A stretch of 64,000 nt of DNA, from assembly GCA_046331705.1 (NCBI GenBank), contig JAXLQJ010000009.1:124001-188000 (forward strand). Direction: 5' to 3'. Both the position numbers and the translations under genes were made by a program. Shown here in pieces: positions 54,301 through 62,381 of this stretch. The notes below the pieces were generated by a model. It did no database searches. It was not told the origin of the DNA and saw only the letters and a list, made by a program, of their open reading frames with translations. Positions within the stretch are counted from its first letter, which is position 1. Each line of letters begins with the position of its first letter. This DNA is from a bacterium (lineage in GTDB: Bacteria > JADJOY01).

Positions 54301-57300
54301 TGTGATCGAGTGCCTGCGGTGCGGGCGCGGCCGCCGCGCGCGCCACGGGAGCGGGCGGCGCAGCCGCAGTGCTCGCGGACGCGAGCGACACGGAAAGCGG
54401 GCGCGGCGGTGCGGTGGGTTCCGCAGCGGCGGTCGCCACGGCGGGCAACGCTTCGACGGCCACGGCGGGCGCGATGGGACGCTGGGGCGGCTCGTAAGCC
54501 ACCGACGGGGACTCCACGGCGGCGAATGCCTCGCGGACCGGCAGCGCGCTCGTCGCGATGTCGTCGCTGGCACCGAAATAGGCCTGCATCACCGCCTGCT
54601 GCGTCTCCAGGAAGCGACGCATCGTCTCCTGAAACTCGCGCACGGGCTCGGCGTCGGCCTCGCCACTTCGTCCCGCGGCACTCGGGGGCGACGCGGGACG
54701 CGGAGTACGGGTTCGATCTTGCGGGCGATCGGAGCTGGTCATGATGGGGGACCTGGGTGAGGGAATGCGCGACTGGCGAGCCTCGGGAGCGCGGCGCGCC
54801 GGGCTATCCGGGGCGCGGAGAGCCGGCGCTGGGCCGGTCACCCGCTTCTCGGACGCCGCCCCGGGGGTGGTAGCGGCGATGGGCTCGCTCGCGGGTTTCG
54901 CTTGCGAAGGATTGCTCGGTTCGAGCACGGGCGCCGGGAAGCGCCGTGGCGGCTCGTGCGCGGGGCGCGCGTACGCCGAGTTCACCAGCCAGAAATGCCT
55001 TCCCAGCGGCTTCGCGGCGCTCGCGGCAATGCCATCGCGCTCGTCGTCCAGGTCGATCAGCGCGCGTCCGGCCCACAGCCGCTCGAGGTCGAGGCTCGCG
55101 CCTTCGACGTGCAGCCTGGCGAGAGCGGTCAGGAAATGCGCGACGCCATGCCCGCCGCGGTCCTGCGTGGCGATCGCCACGTGCGGCCGGCCCTCGAGGA
55201 TCTCGCCCACCAGCTTGCTCAGCACTCGATTCGGACCGACTTCCACGAAGACCCGCGCGCCCGCCGCGTACATGGCCTCGATCTCGTCGGCGAAGCGCAC
55301 CTCGCTCACGAGCTGCTCCGCGAGATGAGCGCGCGCGGCACCGGCGCTGGCCGCGTACGGCGCCGCGGTCCAGTTGCTGTAGACGGGGAACGAGGCCGCC
55401 GCGAAATCCACGCGTTGAAGCACCGACTCGAAGCGCTCGCGGGCGCCGCGCATGATCGGGCTGTGGAACGCGCAGGCCACCGGCACCGGCGTGTGCGCGA
55501 GCCCGGCGCGGTCGAGCTTGGCGCGTAGCTCCGCGAGCCCGGCGCGGGTGCCGCTGACGACGATCTGACGACGGCTGTTCAGGTTCGCGACCCAAGCCTC
55601 GCCCGCGTTGCCGACCAGCTCGCGAACCTGCGCCTCGGCCCCGCGAATGGCCACCATCTGCCCGAGCTCGCGGGCACCCGCCGCGGCGTCGCCGCTGGCG
55701 AGATCGGAAATGGCTTGGCCGCGGGCGTGCGAAAGCGCGAAGAGCTGCTCTTCCGAGAGGCTGCCGGCGGCGCCGAGCGCCACCAGCTCCCCGTAGCTGT
55801 GTCCACCCGCCATGTGCGGCCGCACGCCCATGCGTTCCAGGAGACGCAGCACCGCGACGTCCGCGGCGCCCAGCGCCGGCTGCGCCACGTGGGTGGCCTT
55901 GAGCGCCTCGACGGCGCGCGCGCGGCCCTCGTCCGAGAACGCGGGCGGCGGAAACACGTACGAGCTGAGCGGCTGCGGGAGTCGATCGGCGAGCACTCGA
56001 TCGGCGATCTCGAAGCGCCGCGCCACCTCCGGGAAGTGAATCGCGAGATCCCGGAGCATGTCGGGGAACTGCGAGCCCTGGCCGGGGAAGAGGAACGCGA
56101 TCTTGCCCTGCTTGGCGAGCTGGGCGTCGGATAGCCAGGCGCCAGCCGGAAGCCGCGACGGCTTGGCGTCACCGCTGGCGGCATCCCCGAGCCGCGCCGC
56201 CACCGCCTCGAGCTGGGCGCCGAGCTCGTCGAGCGATCGCGCGACGAACGCCGCGCGCAACCCGTCGCTCGCCGCGAGCCCACGGTTGTGCAGGGTGTAC
56301 GCCACGTCGGCCAGCGTCGGCGGCACCCCGCCCTTTCGCGCCGAGGCGAGCTCGTTGGCGATCGCGAGACAGCGAGCGCGCAAGAGCTCCGCGGTGGCGC
56401 CGCCCAGCAGCACCAGCTCGACCGGCAGCTCTCGCGTCGGCGCGCGCTCGTCGTGCGAGAGCGGGCACGCCTCGTACTCTTCGAGCACGGCGTGGAAGTT
56501 GGTGCCGCCGAAGCCGAACGCCGACACACCGGCGCGGCGGGGCTCGGGTCCGCGAATCCACGGCCGCAACTGCCCGGAAACGTAGATAGGGCCGTCGGTC
56601 AGCCCGGCCTTCGGATTCGGGCTCTCGACGTGCAGCGTGGGCGGCAGAACCCGGTGGTGCAGCGCCAGCGCCGCCTTGATGAGCCCGGCGACTCCCGCCG
56701 CCGACTTCGCGTGGCCGATCATCGACTTGATGCTGCCGATGCCGACGCTCTGGTTGCGCGCCCCGGCGCGCTCGAGCAGCGAGCCGAGCGCCTGGGTCTC
56801 GGTGGGATCGCCGACGCCCGTGCCGGTGCCGTGCGCCTCCACCAGCCCCAGCGACGCGGGCGACACGCGAGCCTGCGCGTAAGAGCGCTCCAACGTGATC
56901 ATCTGGCCTTCGAGGCGCGGCGCGGTGAGGCCCTTGTGGCGCCCGTCGGAGGCGCCCTGCACGCCCTTGATGACCGCGTAGATGCGATCCCCGTCTCGCT
57001 CGGCGTCGACGCGCCGCTTGAGCACCACGGTGGCGAGCCCCTCCGCGATCGCGATGCCGTCGGCGCTCGCGTCGAACGCGCGCGAGCGGCCGCGCGGCGA
57101 GAGTGCCGTGGTCTTCGAGAAGCACGTGTACGCGAAGGCCTCGTTGATGGGATCGACGCCGCCGGCGATCGCGAGATCGGCGGTGCCGTTGGTGAGCTCC
57201 TGGCTCGCGAGGTAGACGGCGGCGAGGGAGGATGCACACGCGGCGTCGACGGTGAAGTTCACGCCGCCGAAGTCGAACCGGTTGGTGATCCGCCCGGTGA

Positions 57301-59536
57301 TGACGTTGGGCAGCACCCCGGGGAAGCTGTCTTCCGTCCATTCCGGCAACGCGCTCAAGAGCTCCGCGGGCACCTTGGCGAAGAACTCGGGCAGCAGCGC
57401 GCGGAACGCGTAGTGCAGGCCGAGGCTCCCCATGCCGCCGCCGGCGCCGAGCAACACCGCCGTGCGGGCGCGGGGCGGCTCGTAGCCCTCACCGAACCCG
57501 GCGTCCCGCAGCGCGCGGTCGACGAGCTCGAGGGTCAGCAGCTGAATCGGCTCGATGCTGCGGATGGCGGCCGGCGGGATGCCGTACTTGAGCGGATCGA
57601 ACGGGATGTCGCCGATGAAGCCGCCCCATTTGCTGTAGACCTTGTCGCGCGCCGCCTTGTCGGCATCGAACCAGCGCGCAACGTCGAAGCGATCGCCCGG
57701 GACCTCGGAGATGGCGTCGACGCCGTTCAGGATGTTCCGCCAGTAGGTGGCGACGTCGTCGGCACCGGGGAGGAAGCAGGACATGCCGACGATCGCGATG
57801 TCGAGCGGCGGCGGCACCGGTGGCGGCTCCTCCACCACGACGACGGTGGTCTCGCGCAGACCCACGAGGTGACGGCTGGCGGCATCGCAGTAGCTCGCAG
57901 GCTCGTCGGCGACGTCGCGCACCACCAGCCCCACCTGGATGCCCAGCTCGACCAGCGGCTCGGCGACGACCTGCAGCGCCGCGGCGCGCGTGGGATCGGC
58001 GCTGCCGGCGTCGAGCAGCACCTGCAAGTGCGCGCGTTCCGCCGCGGGCCGCCCTGGCGCGACGAGGAACCGGACCAGATCGTCCCAGAGCCCCAAGCTC
58101 GGCGCCGCTCCCGCACCGCTCGCCGGCATCGCCGGAAAGAGCACGCGGCGCACACCTCGGCCAACGGCCTGCGCGAGCGCCGCCTCGCTGCCCACCGCCA
58201 GGAACGCGCGGGTGCCGTGATGCTCCCAGGCCGCGAGATCGTCGAGCGCGCTCTCCGGCAAGAGCGCGAGCGGCGGCCGCACGGTCTCGACGATCGCCAG
58301 CCAGCGCGAGCTCTCGAGCGCCGCCGCGCAGCCGGTCAGGTCCACGCACCAGGCACGTCCGTCGAGGGCGCGCGCGACGGCGTCCAGGCCGGCCCGCGCG
58401 GACTCTTGCGGCGGCCGCTCGAGCGGCACGACGGCGAGGGAACCGGCGTTGGCGACTCGTCCCGCGAACGCTTCCCAGCTCGCCGGATCGGCAGGGCAAC
58501 GCTGCAAGATCGGATAGCCGACCCCGAGCGCGGGCGCGATGCCGCCTCCTTGGACCAGGAAGTGCTGAACCGTGGCCCCCGTGGAAGCCTCGGCGCAGAG
58601 CTCGCGGGTCCAGGCCAGCGCGCGGGCGACGGTGGGCGCCTTGGCGCGCCACGCCACGGCCAGGCTCGCGTCTTCGGCGACGGGCCACGGATAACGCTTC
58701 TCGCCCGTCGACCAGTCGCTGAGGGTCCGCTCGAGGATCGCGAGACGCTGTTCGCGGGTGGCGGCGTTCGCGATGCCCGCCGCCGCCAAGCGCTCGCGCA
58801 GCCGATCGGCCGTGCGCGCCGTGCAGCGGAAGAACGAGCCGCCACCGAGCGCAACCAACGCGGTATCGCCGCCCTCGATCTCGATGCGATGCCGCAGCCC
58901 GCGTGGAAGCGGCGACTCGCGGGTGAGCGCCAGCTGCCAATCGAGGACCAGCCCGTGTGCCCCGGCGACCAGATAGGCGCCAGCGCTCGCGGGACCGACG
59001 CCGCCCCACACGTACACGGGCAACGTCGATGCCGTCCGCAAACGCTCGAGCAACGCCAGGCTGGTGTCGCCGCCGACCCAACCACCCGACTCGACACCCT
59101 TCGCGATGAGAAAGTCGATCGGGAGCTCGCGCACCGACTCGAGATCGTCGACTGACGTCACCACGACGCCGATCTGGCGGGCGACCTGGCGACACTTGGG
59201 CAGGATGCGGCGCAGGGATTCCCGTGACTCGGGCGTCAGCAAGATGACGTCACACGCTCCCACGCTTTCGAGGACGGTGCGCTCGAGCTCGCCGTCGCGG
59301 CCGTGCAGCACGAGCCCGTGACGCTCACGGACGAAGCGGTTGAGCCGCGCGACGGTGCCGAGCGCGCACTCGACGTTGGTCAGCAGCGTGAGGTCGAGGA
59401 CACCGATCGCGCCGGCACGTGCGGCCGCGATCGGGATGCTCGGATCCCACGTCGCGCCAGGCGAGACCGCCAGCGTGACGAAAGGATGAGGCTGTCCTTC
59501 AGGGGTGCTCGCGCCCCGGAGCAAATCCTGCCTCAT
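51314..59536 (-). CDS. PfaA-like iterative type I PKS: ER(FabK/NMO)-like, KS, AT, 4xACP, KR
   Basis: KS DAACASS/EAHGTGT/KSMIGH, AT GHSYG/AFHS, four LGIDSIKRVEI, KR TGGARGIT/YATAN; ATG 59536 preceded by GAGGAG. Confidence 0.92.
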   Translation of the reverse strand: MRQDLLRGASTPEGQPHPFVTLAVSPGATWDPSIPIAAARAGAIGVLDLTLLTNVECALGTVARLNRFVRERHGLVLHGRDGELERTVLESVGACDVILLTPESRESLRRILPKCRQVARQIGVVVTSVDDLESVRELPIDFLIAKGVESGGWVGGDTSLALLERLRTASTLPVYVWGGVGPASAGAYLVAGAHGLVLDWQLALTRESPLPRGLRHRIEIEGGDTALVALGGGSFFRCTARTADRLRERLAAAGIANAATREQRLAILERTLSDWSTGEKRYPWPVAEDASLAVAWRAKAPTVARALAWTRELCAEASTGATVQHFLVQGGGIAPALGVGYPILQRCPADPASWEAFAGRVANAGSLAVVPLERPPQESARAGLDAVARALDGRAWCVDLTGCAAALESSRWLAIVETVRPPLALLPESALDDLAAWEHHGTRAFLAVGSEAALAQAVGRGVRRVLFPAMPASGAGAAPSLGLWDDLVRFLVAPGRPAAERAHLQVLLDAGSADPTRAAALQVVAEPLVELGIQVGLVVRDVADEPASYCDAASRHLVGLRETTVVVVEEPPPVPPPLDIAIVGMSCFLPGADDVATYWRNILNGVDAISEVPGDRFDVARWFDADKAARDKVYSKWGGFIGDIPFDPLKYGIPPAAIRSIEPIQLLTLELVDRALRDAGFGEGYEPPRARTAVLLGAGGGMGSLGLHYAFRALLPEFFAKVPAELLSALPEWTEDSFPGVLPNVITGRITNRFDFGGVNFTVDAACASSLAAVYLASQELTNGTADLAIAGGVDPINEAFAYTCFSKTTALSPRGRSRAFDASADGIAIAEGLATVVLKRRVDAERDGDRIYAVIKGVQGASDGRHKGLTAPRLEGQMITLERSYAQARVSPASLGLVEAHGTGTGVGDPTETQALGSLLERAGARNQSVGIGSIKSMIGHAKSAAGVAGLIKAALALHHRVLPPTLHVESPNPKAGLTDGPIYVSGQLRPWIRGPEPRRAGVSAFGFGGTNFHAVLEEYEACPLSHDERAPTRELPVELVLLGGATAELLRARCLAIANELASARKGGVPPTLADVAYTLHNRGLAASDGLRAAFVARSLDELGAQLEAVAARLGDAASGDAKPSRLPAGAWLSDAQLAKQGKIAFLFPGQGSQFPDMLRDLAIHFPEVARRFEIADRVLADRLPQPLSSYVFPPPAFSDEGRARAVEALKATHVAQPALGAADVAVLRLLERMGVRPHMAGGHSYGELVALGAAGSLSEEQLFALSHARGQAISDLASGDAAAGARELGQMVAIRGAEAQVRELVGNAGEAWVANLNSRRQIVVSGTRAGLAELRAKLDRAGLAHTPVPVACAFHSPIMRGARERFESVLQRVDFAAASFPVYSNWTAAPYAASAGAARAHLAEQLVSEVRFADEIEAMYAAGARVFVEVGPNRVLSKLVGEILEGRPHVAIATQDRGGHGVAHFLTALARLHVEGASLDLERLWAGRALIDLDDERDGIAASAAKPLGRHFWLVNSAYARPAHEPPRRFPAPVLEPSNPSQAKPASEPIAATTPGAASEKRVTGPAPALRAPDSPARRAPEARQSRIPSPRSPIMTSSDRPQDRTRTPRPASPPSAAGRSGEADAEPVREFQETMRRFLETQQAVMQAYFGASDDIATSALPVREAFAAVESPSVAYEPPQRPIAPAVAVEALPAVATAAAEPTAPPRPLSVSLASASTAAAPPAPVARAAAAPAPQALDHTSELKRIVTERTGYPPEMLELDAGLESDLGIDSIKRVEIIAAFRRAAVPAIAEPPAWFMEAMGTATTLRMILDGVAKLAAGAGEAAPVASSRPAPPAATPAAPVAAAGGSDRVSLLRTIVTDRTGYPPEMLDLTAGLESDLGIDSIKRVEIIAAFRKAVVPHVAEPPAWFMESMGSATTLQAILDGVERLAGDGASAALAQSAPSSSPSAAASTGSAPGSASDRTELLKTIVSDRTGYPVEMLDLHAGLESDLGIDSIKRVEIIAAFRRAAVPSVSEPPAWFMEEMSAATTLDRILAGVARLEAEAAGPVARAIAVPAPSAPASAPSAPRVESGGDDRVALLRSIVSDRTGYPVEMLDLDAGLEADLGIDSIKRVEIIAAFRRTVVPAVAEPPAWFMESMSSATTLRAILDGVAKLERSSGGAGTDTATAAAPLEGEPARVDDGLDGTTLEALADESIHVPRSVVRVEEIPLEAGASRELPRGTWVLTEDGDGLAQALGGLLRARGVPMVMLEPGELATRAKAEAAFARIRSSVGPIGAVLHLLPLREAPSFPGISGAEWQRHVADELRGALFLLQAFAPELKSGGAAAPLVAALTRGGGDFDPARAEDSAQPWRGGLAGLFKSAAQEWPKARFRVVDYDRAPDASTLLRELAADGPVEVGYRGARRLALRAVRADLPNGHERKPVFDLGAKTVILATGGARGITAEIVHEIARHSHATVVLAGRSPVPDHDEDPDSVGVSDRAEIRRRLLARLRAEGGTVALTPKAVEDRISRILQARELRRNLASIREVASHVEYRVCDVRDPLQLTGLVHEITERFGGIDVVLHGAGVIEDKYIVDKTAESFDRVLGTKLDPMLTLTGLLDPARIKLVMLFSSVAGIFGNVGQADYATANEVLNRIARRLHSTWHGKVVSMNWGPWVGAGSMVTPEVAEQLASRQFGLVSVPVGRQAAWLEFLHAPDQDVRVVVGTGGWLEDRPTAQRERPSARVAGSAGDR
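53055..54300 (-). repeat. Four tandem near-identical ACP-coding repeats with Ala/Pro/Ser linkers
   Basis: RTGYP.EML.L.AGLE.DLGIDSIKRVEIIAAFR..VP...EPPAWFME repeated four times, also similar at DNA level. Confidence 0.92.
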
Positions 59537-59764
59537 CTCGCGATCTCCTCGGATATGACGCGTTGCACCAGCATACCCATCGCGCGCCGGAGTCCGCAAC
59601 CTTCGGGGCGCGTTTTCGTCAGGCCGAACATGGGATTGCGCCGCCGAGCGCGACGGCTCGCCGGATGAATCCACGGCGTCGGCGGCATCCTGGGAAGCCG
59701 CCCGGAACTGTCTTCTTTTGCAGACAAATTCGGAAGATTGTGGACGCTCACGCTCAAGCGATCA

Positions 59765-59780
59765 TGCAAACGAGGCGCCA
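59765..59780 (-). promoter_or_regulatory. Sigma54 -24/-12 promoter candidate for the PKS operon
   Basis: Minus strand TGGCGCCTCGTTTGCA, ~230 nt above ATG 59536. Confidence 0.55.
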
Positions 59781-60022
59781 GTGAACTCGGGAGGCGGGAT
59801 CGTGCGGGAAGCATCATCGACACGCAGTGCGTCATAGCGCGCGCACAGCGCGCCCGCCAAGCCTGCGACAGGCGACCGGAGTCCCGGCTCCAGCGCCGCT
59901 GGTGACTCTCCCTATTCCGGCGGCGGATCCGCTCGCGAGCGGTCACCCTTGCCACGCGATGCGGCGGCGCATGAACATGGTTCGCTCGACTTGCGCTCAT
60001 CGTCGGCACACCGCACCGTCGC

Positions 60023-62320
60023 ATGCTTCCCAAGCGTCGCCCCGACCTGGAAATCCTCCGGACCGGCCCGACCACCTTTTTGGTGGCGGACCCCAGGACG
60101 GGGACATCCTACACCTGTGGGACGGCCGAGCGCGTGCTGCTTGCGCTGGTGGACGGCAGCCGTACCCCGGAGCAAGTCGCCGCGACCTACAGCGAACGTG
60201 CCGGTCAACCGATCGCGCTGCGCACCGTGGTCGAGTTCATCGAGCAGCTTCGTAGCCTGGGCTTTCTCGACGAGCCCGGCGCGGTGCCGCTCGCCGCCGT
60301 CGCGGCGCCGACGCCGCCGCTCGCCGCGGCGCTCGCCACCTCGCCGACCCCGGTGGGCGGTGTGAACGTCTTCTTCGACGTGCTCGCCGTGTTCTTCGGC
60401 TGGCTCTTCCATCCCCTCACCCTCGTCCCGATCGTGTCGATGGCGATGCTGGGGATCGCGGTGCTGGTGCAGGAATGGGAGCGCTACGAGACCCAGTTCG
60501 GCACGCTCACGCGCACGCTGCCGATCCTCAACCTCGCGATCTTCTCCCTGGCGCAGACCGTCGTGTTCATGAATCTGCCGCGCGAGGTGGCGGTGGGAGT
60601 CGCGTGCCGGCGCTTCGGCGGCCGCGTGCGCCGCTTCCACCTCTACTGGGTCGCGGATCTCATTCCATTCGTGAACTGCGACACCGGCGACTCGATCCAC
60701 CGCATGCGCGACCGCGCTCGCTGGACCGTGCTCACCGCGGGGCTGTGGACGCAGGTCGCGATCTTCGCCATCGCGGCGCTGGGCTGGGGGATCGCCGATC
60801 CCCACTCGGACCTCAGCCGCTTCTGGCTGTTGCTGGTGCCGCCCTGCGTGGTCGGCCTGGCGCTGCACGCCGTGATCTTCCTGCGTTACGACGGCTACCG
60901 GATCCTGTGCGCGTACTTGCGCGACGGCCAGATCCGCGAGCGCGCGCTGGGTGAAACCCGCGCCTGGCTCTCGGGCCGCCCCGGCCCCGCGGCGCTCGGC
61001 GAGCGCGAGCGCTTCTGGCTGCGCGCGTACGGCATCGGCTACTACGTCTTTCTCGTCGCGGCGCAGCTCACCTTGTTGATCGGCGGCGGGTGGTGGCTCG
61101 AGTCGCGGTTCGGTCCCAGCGGACTGGGATTCGGCCTGGCGGTGTACCTTTGGGCGTTTCGAAAGGAGGTCGGTGCGATCATGACGGACAACGAAGGGTA
61201 CCGCTGGCTGGTCCGCAAGGGCGGCTCGAAGACCGTGCGCTGGGCGCTGCGGATCGGCGGCTTGATCGTCGTGATCGTGGTCTTGCTGGCACCGTACGAT
61301 CGCGAGGTTTCCGGCGAATGCCGCGTGGTGGCGGGCGCCGAGGTGGGCTTGCGCGCGCAGCTCACGGACGAGGTCGTGGCGGTTCACGTGACGCCGGGTC
61401 AAGAGATCGAGGCGAACCAGCTGGTCGCCACGCTGAGCGGCCGCGAGCTCGTGACGCAGCTACGCACGGCGGAGGCCGAGCTCAAGCACGAGCAGGCCGA
61501 TCTCGATCGGCTGCTCAACGGCGTGCGGCCCGAGGACCTGGCGATCGCCGAGCACGAGCGCGACCTCGCCCGCAGCGAGCTCGCGTTCGCCGAGGACGAG
61601 CTCAAGCGTGAGCAGGCGCTGCTCGCGGGCAAGGCGTCGACGGCGGAGAAGGTCGAGACGGCGCGACGGCGACGCGACAGCGCCCAGCAGCGCCTCTCGA
61701 TCGCCGACCAAAATCTCGCGAAGACGCGCCAGGGCGCCCGCCCCGAGGACATCCAGGCGCATCAGGCGGAGGTCGAGCGGCTGACCGAACGCGTCCGCTA
61801 CTGCACGGCGCAACAGGCCCTGCTCGAGATCCGTTCGCCGATCGCCGGGCGGGTCATGACGCAGGACATCGCCGAGCGCGTGGGCCAGGTCGCCGAGAAG
61901 GGTGACCTCATCGCCGTGATTCAGGACGACCGCCACCTGCGCGTCGAGGTCGGCGCCGAGGAGGCGGCGGTCCCCGAGGTTCGCGAGGGCATGCCCGTGC
62001 ACGTGCGGCTGCGCGGCCTGAACGGGCGCCTCGTCACCGGCAAGGTGGCGAGCATCGTCCGCACCGCGGCGCCGGAAAGCGAGCTCGACGTGGACGCCTA
62101 CCGCACCGACCGCGAGGCGCACCTTCAGCAGTCGATGAAGCAGAGCGAGGACACCTACCAGGTGCGCGTGGTGGTGACGCTGGATCCGAGCGACGAGAAG
62201 CTCTCGCCCGGGATGACCGGCTTCGCGCGCATCGTGATCGGGCCGGACGTCTTCGGGCGCGCGGTGATCCGCCCGGTGCTGCGCTACCTGCGCACCGAGG
62301 TGTGGTCGTGGCTGCCGTGA
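60023..62320 (+). CDS. PqqD-like / M50-like membrane domain (no HExxH) / HlyD membrane fusion protein
   Basis: N-terminal DP.TG..Y/L.DGSRT winged helix; TM region with LRYDGY; coiled coil, IRSPIAGRV, LSPGMTGFARI. Confidence 0.75.
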   Translation: MLPKRRPDLEILRTGPTTFLVADPRTGTSYTCGTAERVLLALVDGSRTPEQVAATYSERAGQPIALRTVVEFIEQLRSLGFLDEPGAVPLAAVAAPTPPLAAALATSPTPVGGVNVFFDVLAVFFGWLFHPLTLVPIVSMAMLGIAVLVQEWERYETQFGTLTRTLPILNLAIFSLAQTVVFMNLPREVAVGVACRRFGGRVRRFHLYWVADLIPFVNCDTGDSIHRMRDRARWTVLTAGLWTQVAIFAIAALGWGIADPHSDLSRFWLLLVPPCVVGLALHAVIFLRYDGYRILCAYLRDGQIRERALGETRAWLSGRPGPAALGERERFWLRAYGIGYYVFLVAAQLTLLIGGGWWLESRFGPSGLGFGLAVYLWAFRKEVGAIMTDNEGYRWLVRKGGSKTVRWALRIGGLIVVIVVLLAPYDREVSGECRVVAGAEVGLRAQLTDEVVAVHVTPGQEIEANQLVATLSGRELVTQLRTAEAELKHEQADLDRLLNGVRPEDLAIAEHERDLARSELAFAEDELKREQALLAGKASTAEKVETARRRRDSAQQRLSIADQNLAKTRQGARPEDIQAHQAEVERLTERVRYCTAQQALLEIRSPIAGRVMTQDIAERVGQVAEKGDLIAVIQDDRHLRVEVGAEEAAVPEVREGMPVHVRLRGLNGRLVTGKVASIVRTAAPESELDVDAYRTDREAHLQQSMKQSEDTYQVRVVVTLDPSDEKLSPGMTGFARIVIGPDVFGRAVIRPVLRYLRTEVWSWLP

Positions 62321-62381
62321 ACGGTCGCGCGGTCGCCGCCACGGGACGGCCTCGTGGGCGCGCGTCGGACGACGGTCGCGC

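Noticed and set aside
46160-59536. Enediyne PKS or canonical PUFA synthase
   Set aside because: Domain order differs from PksE and no hot-dog thioesterase is present; no KS-CLF, FabA-DH or intact PfaD
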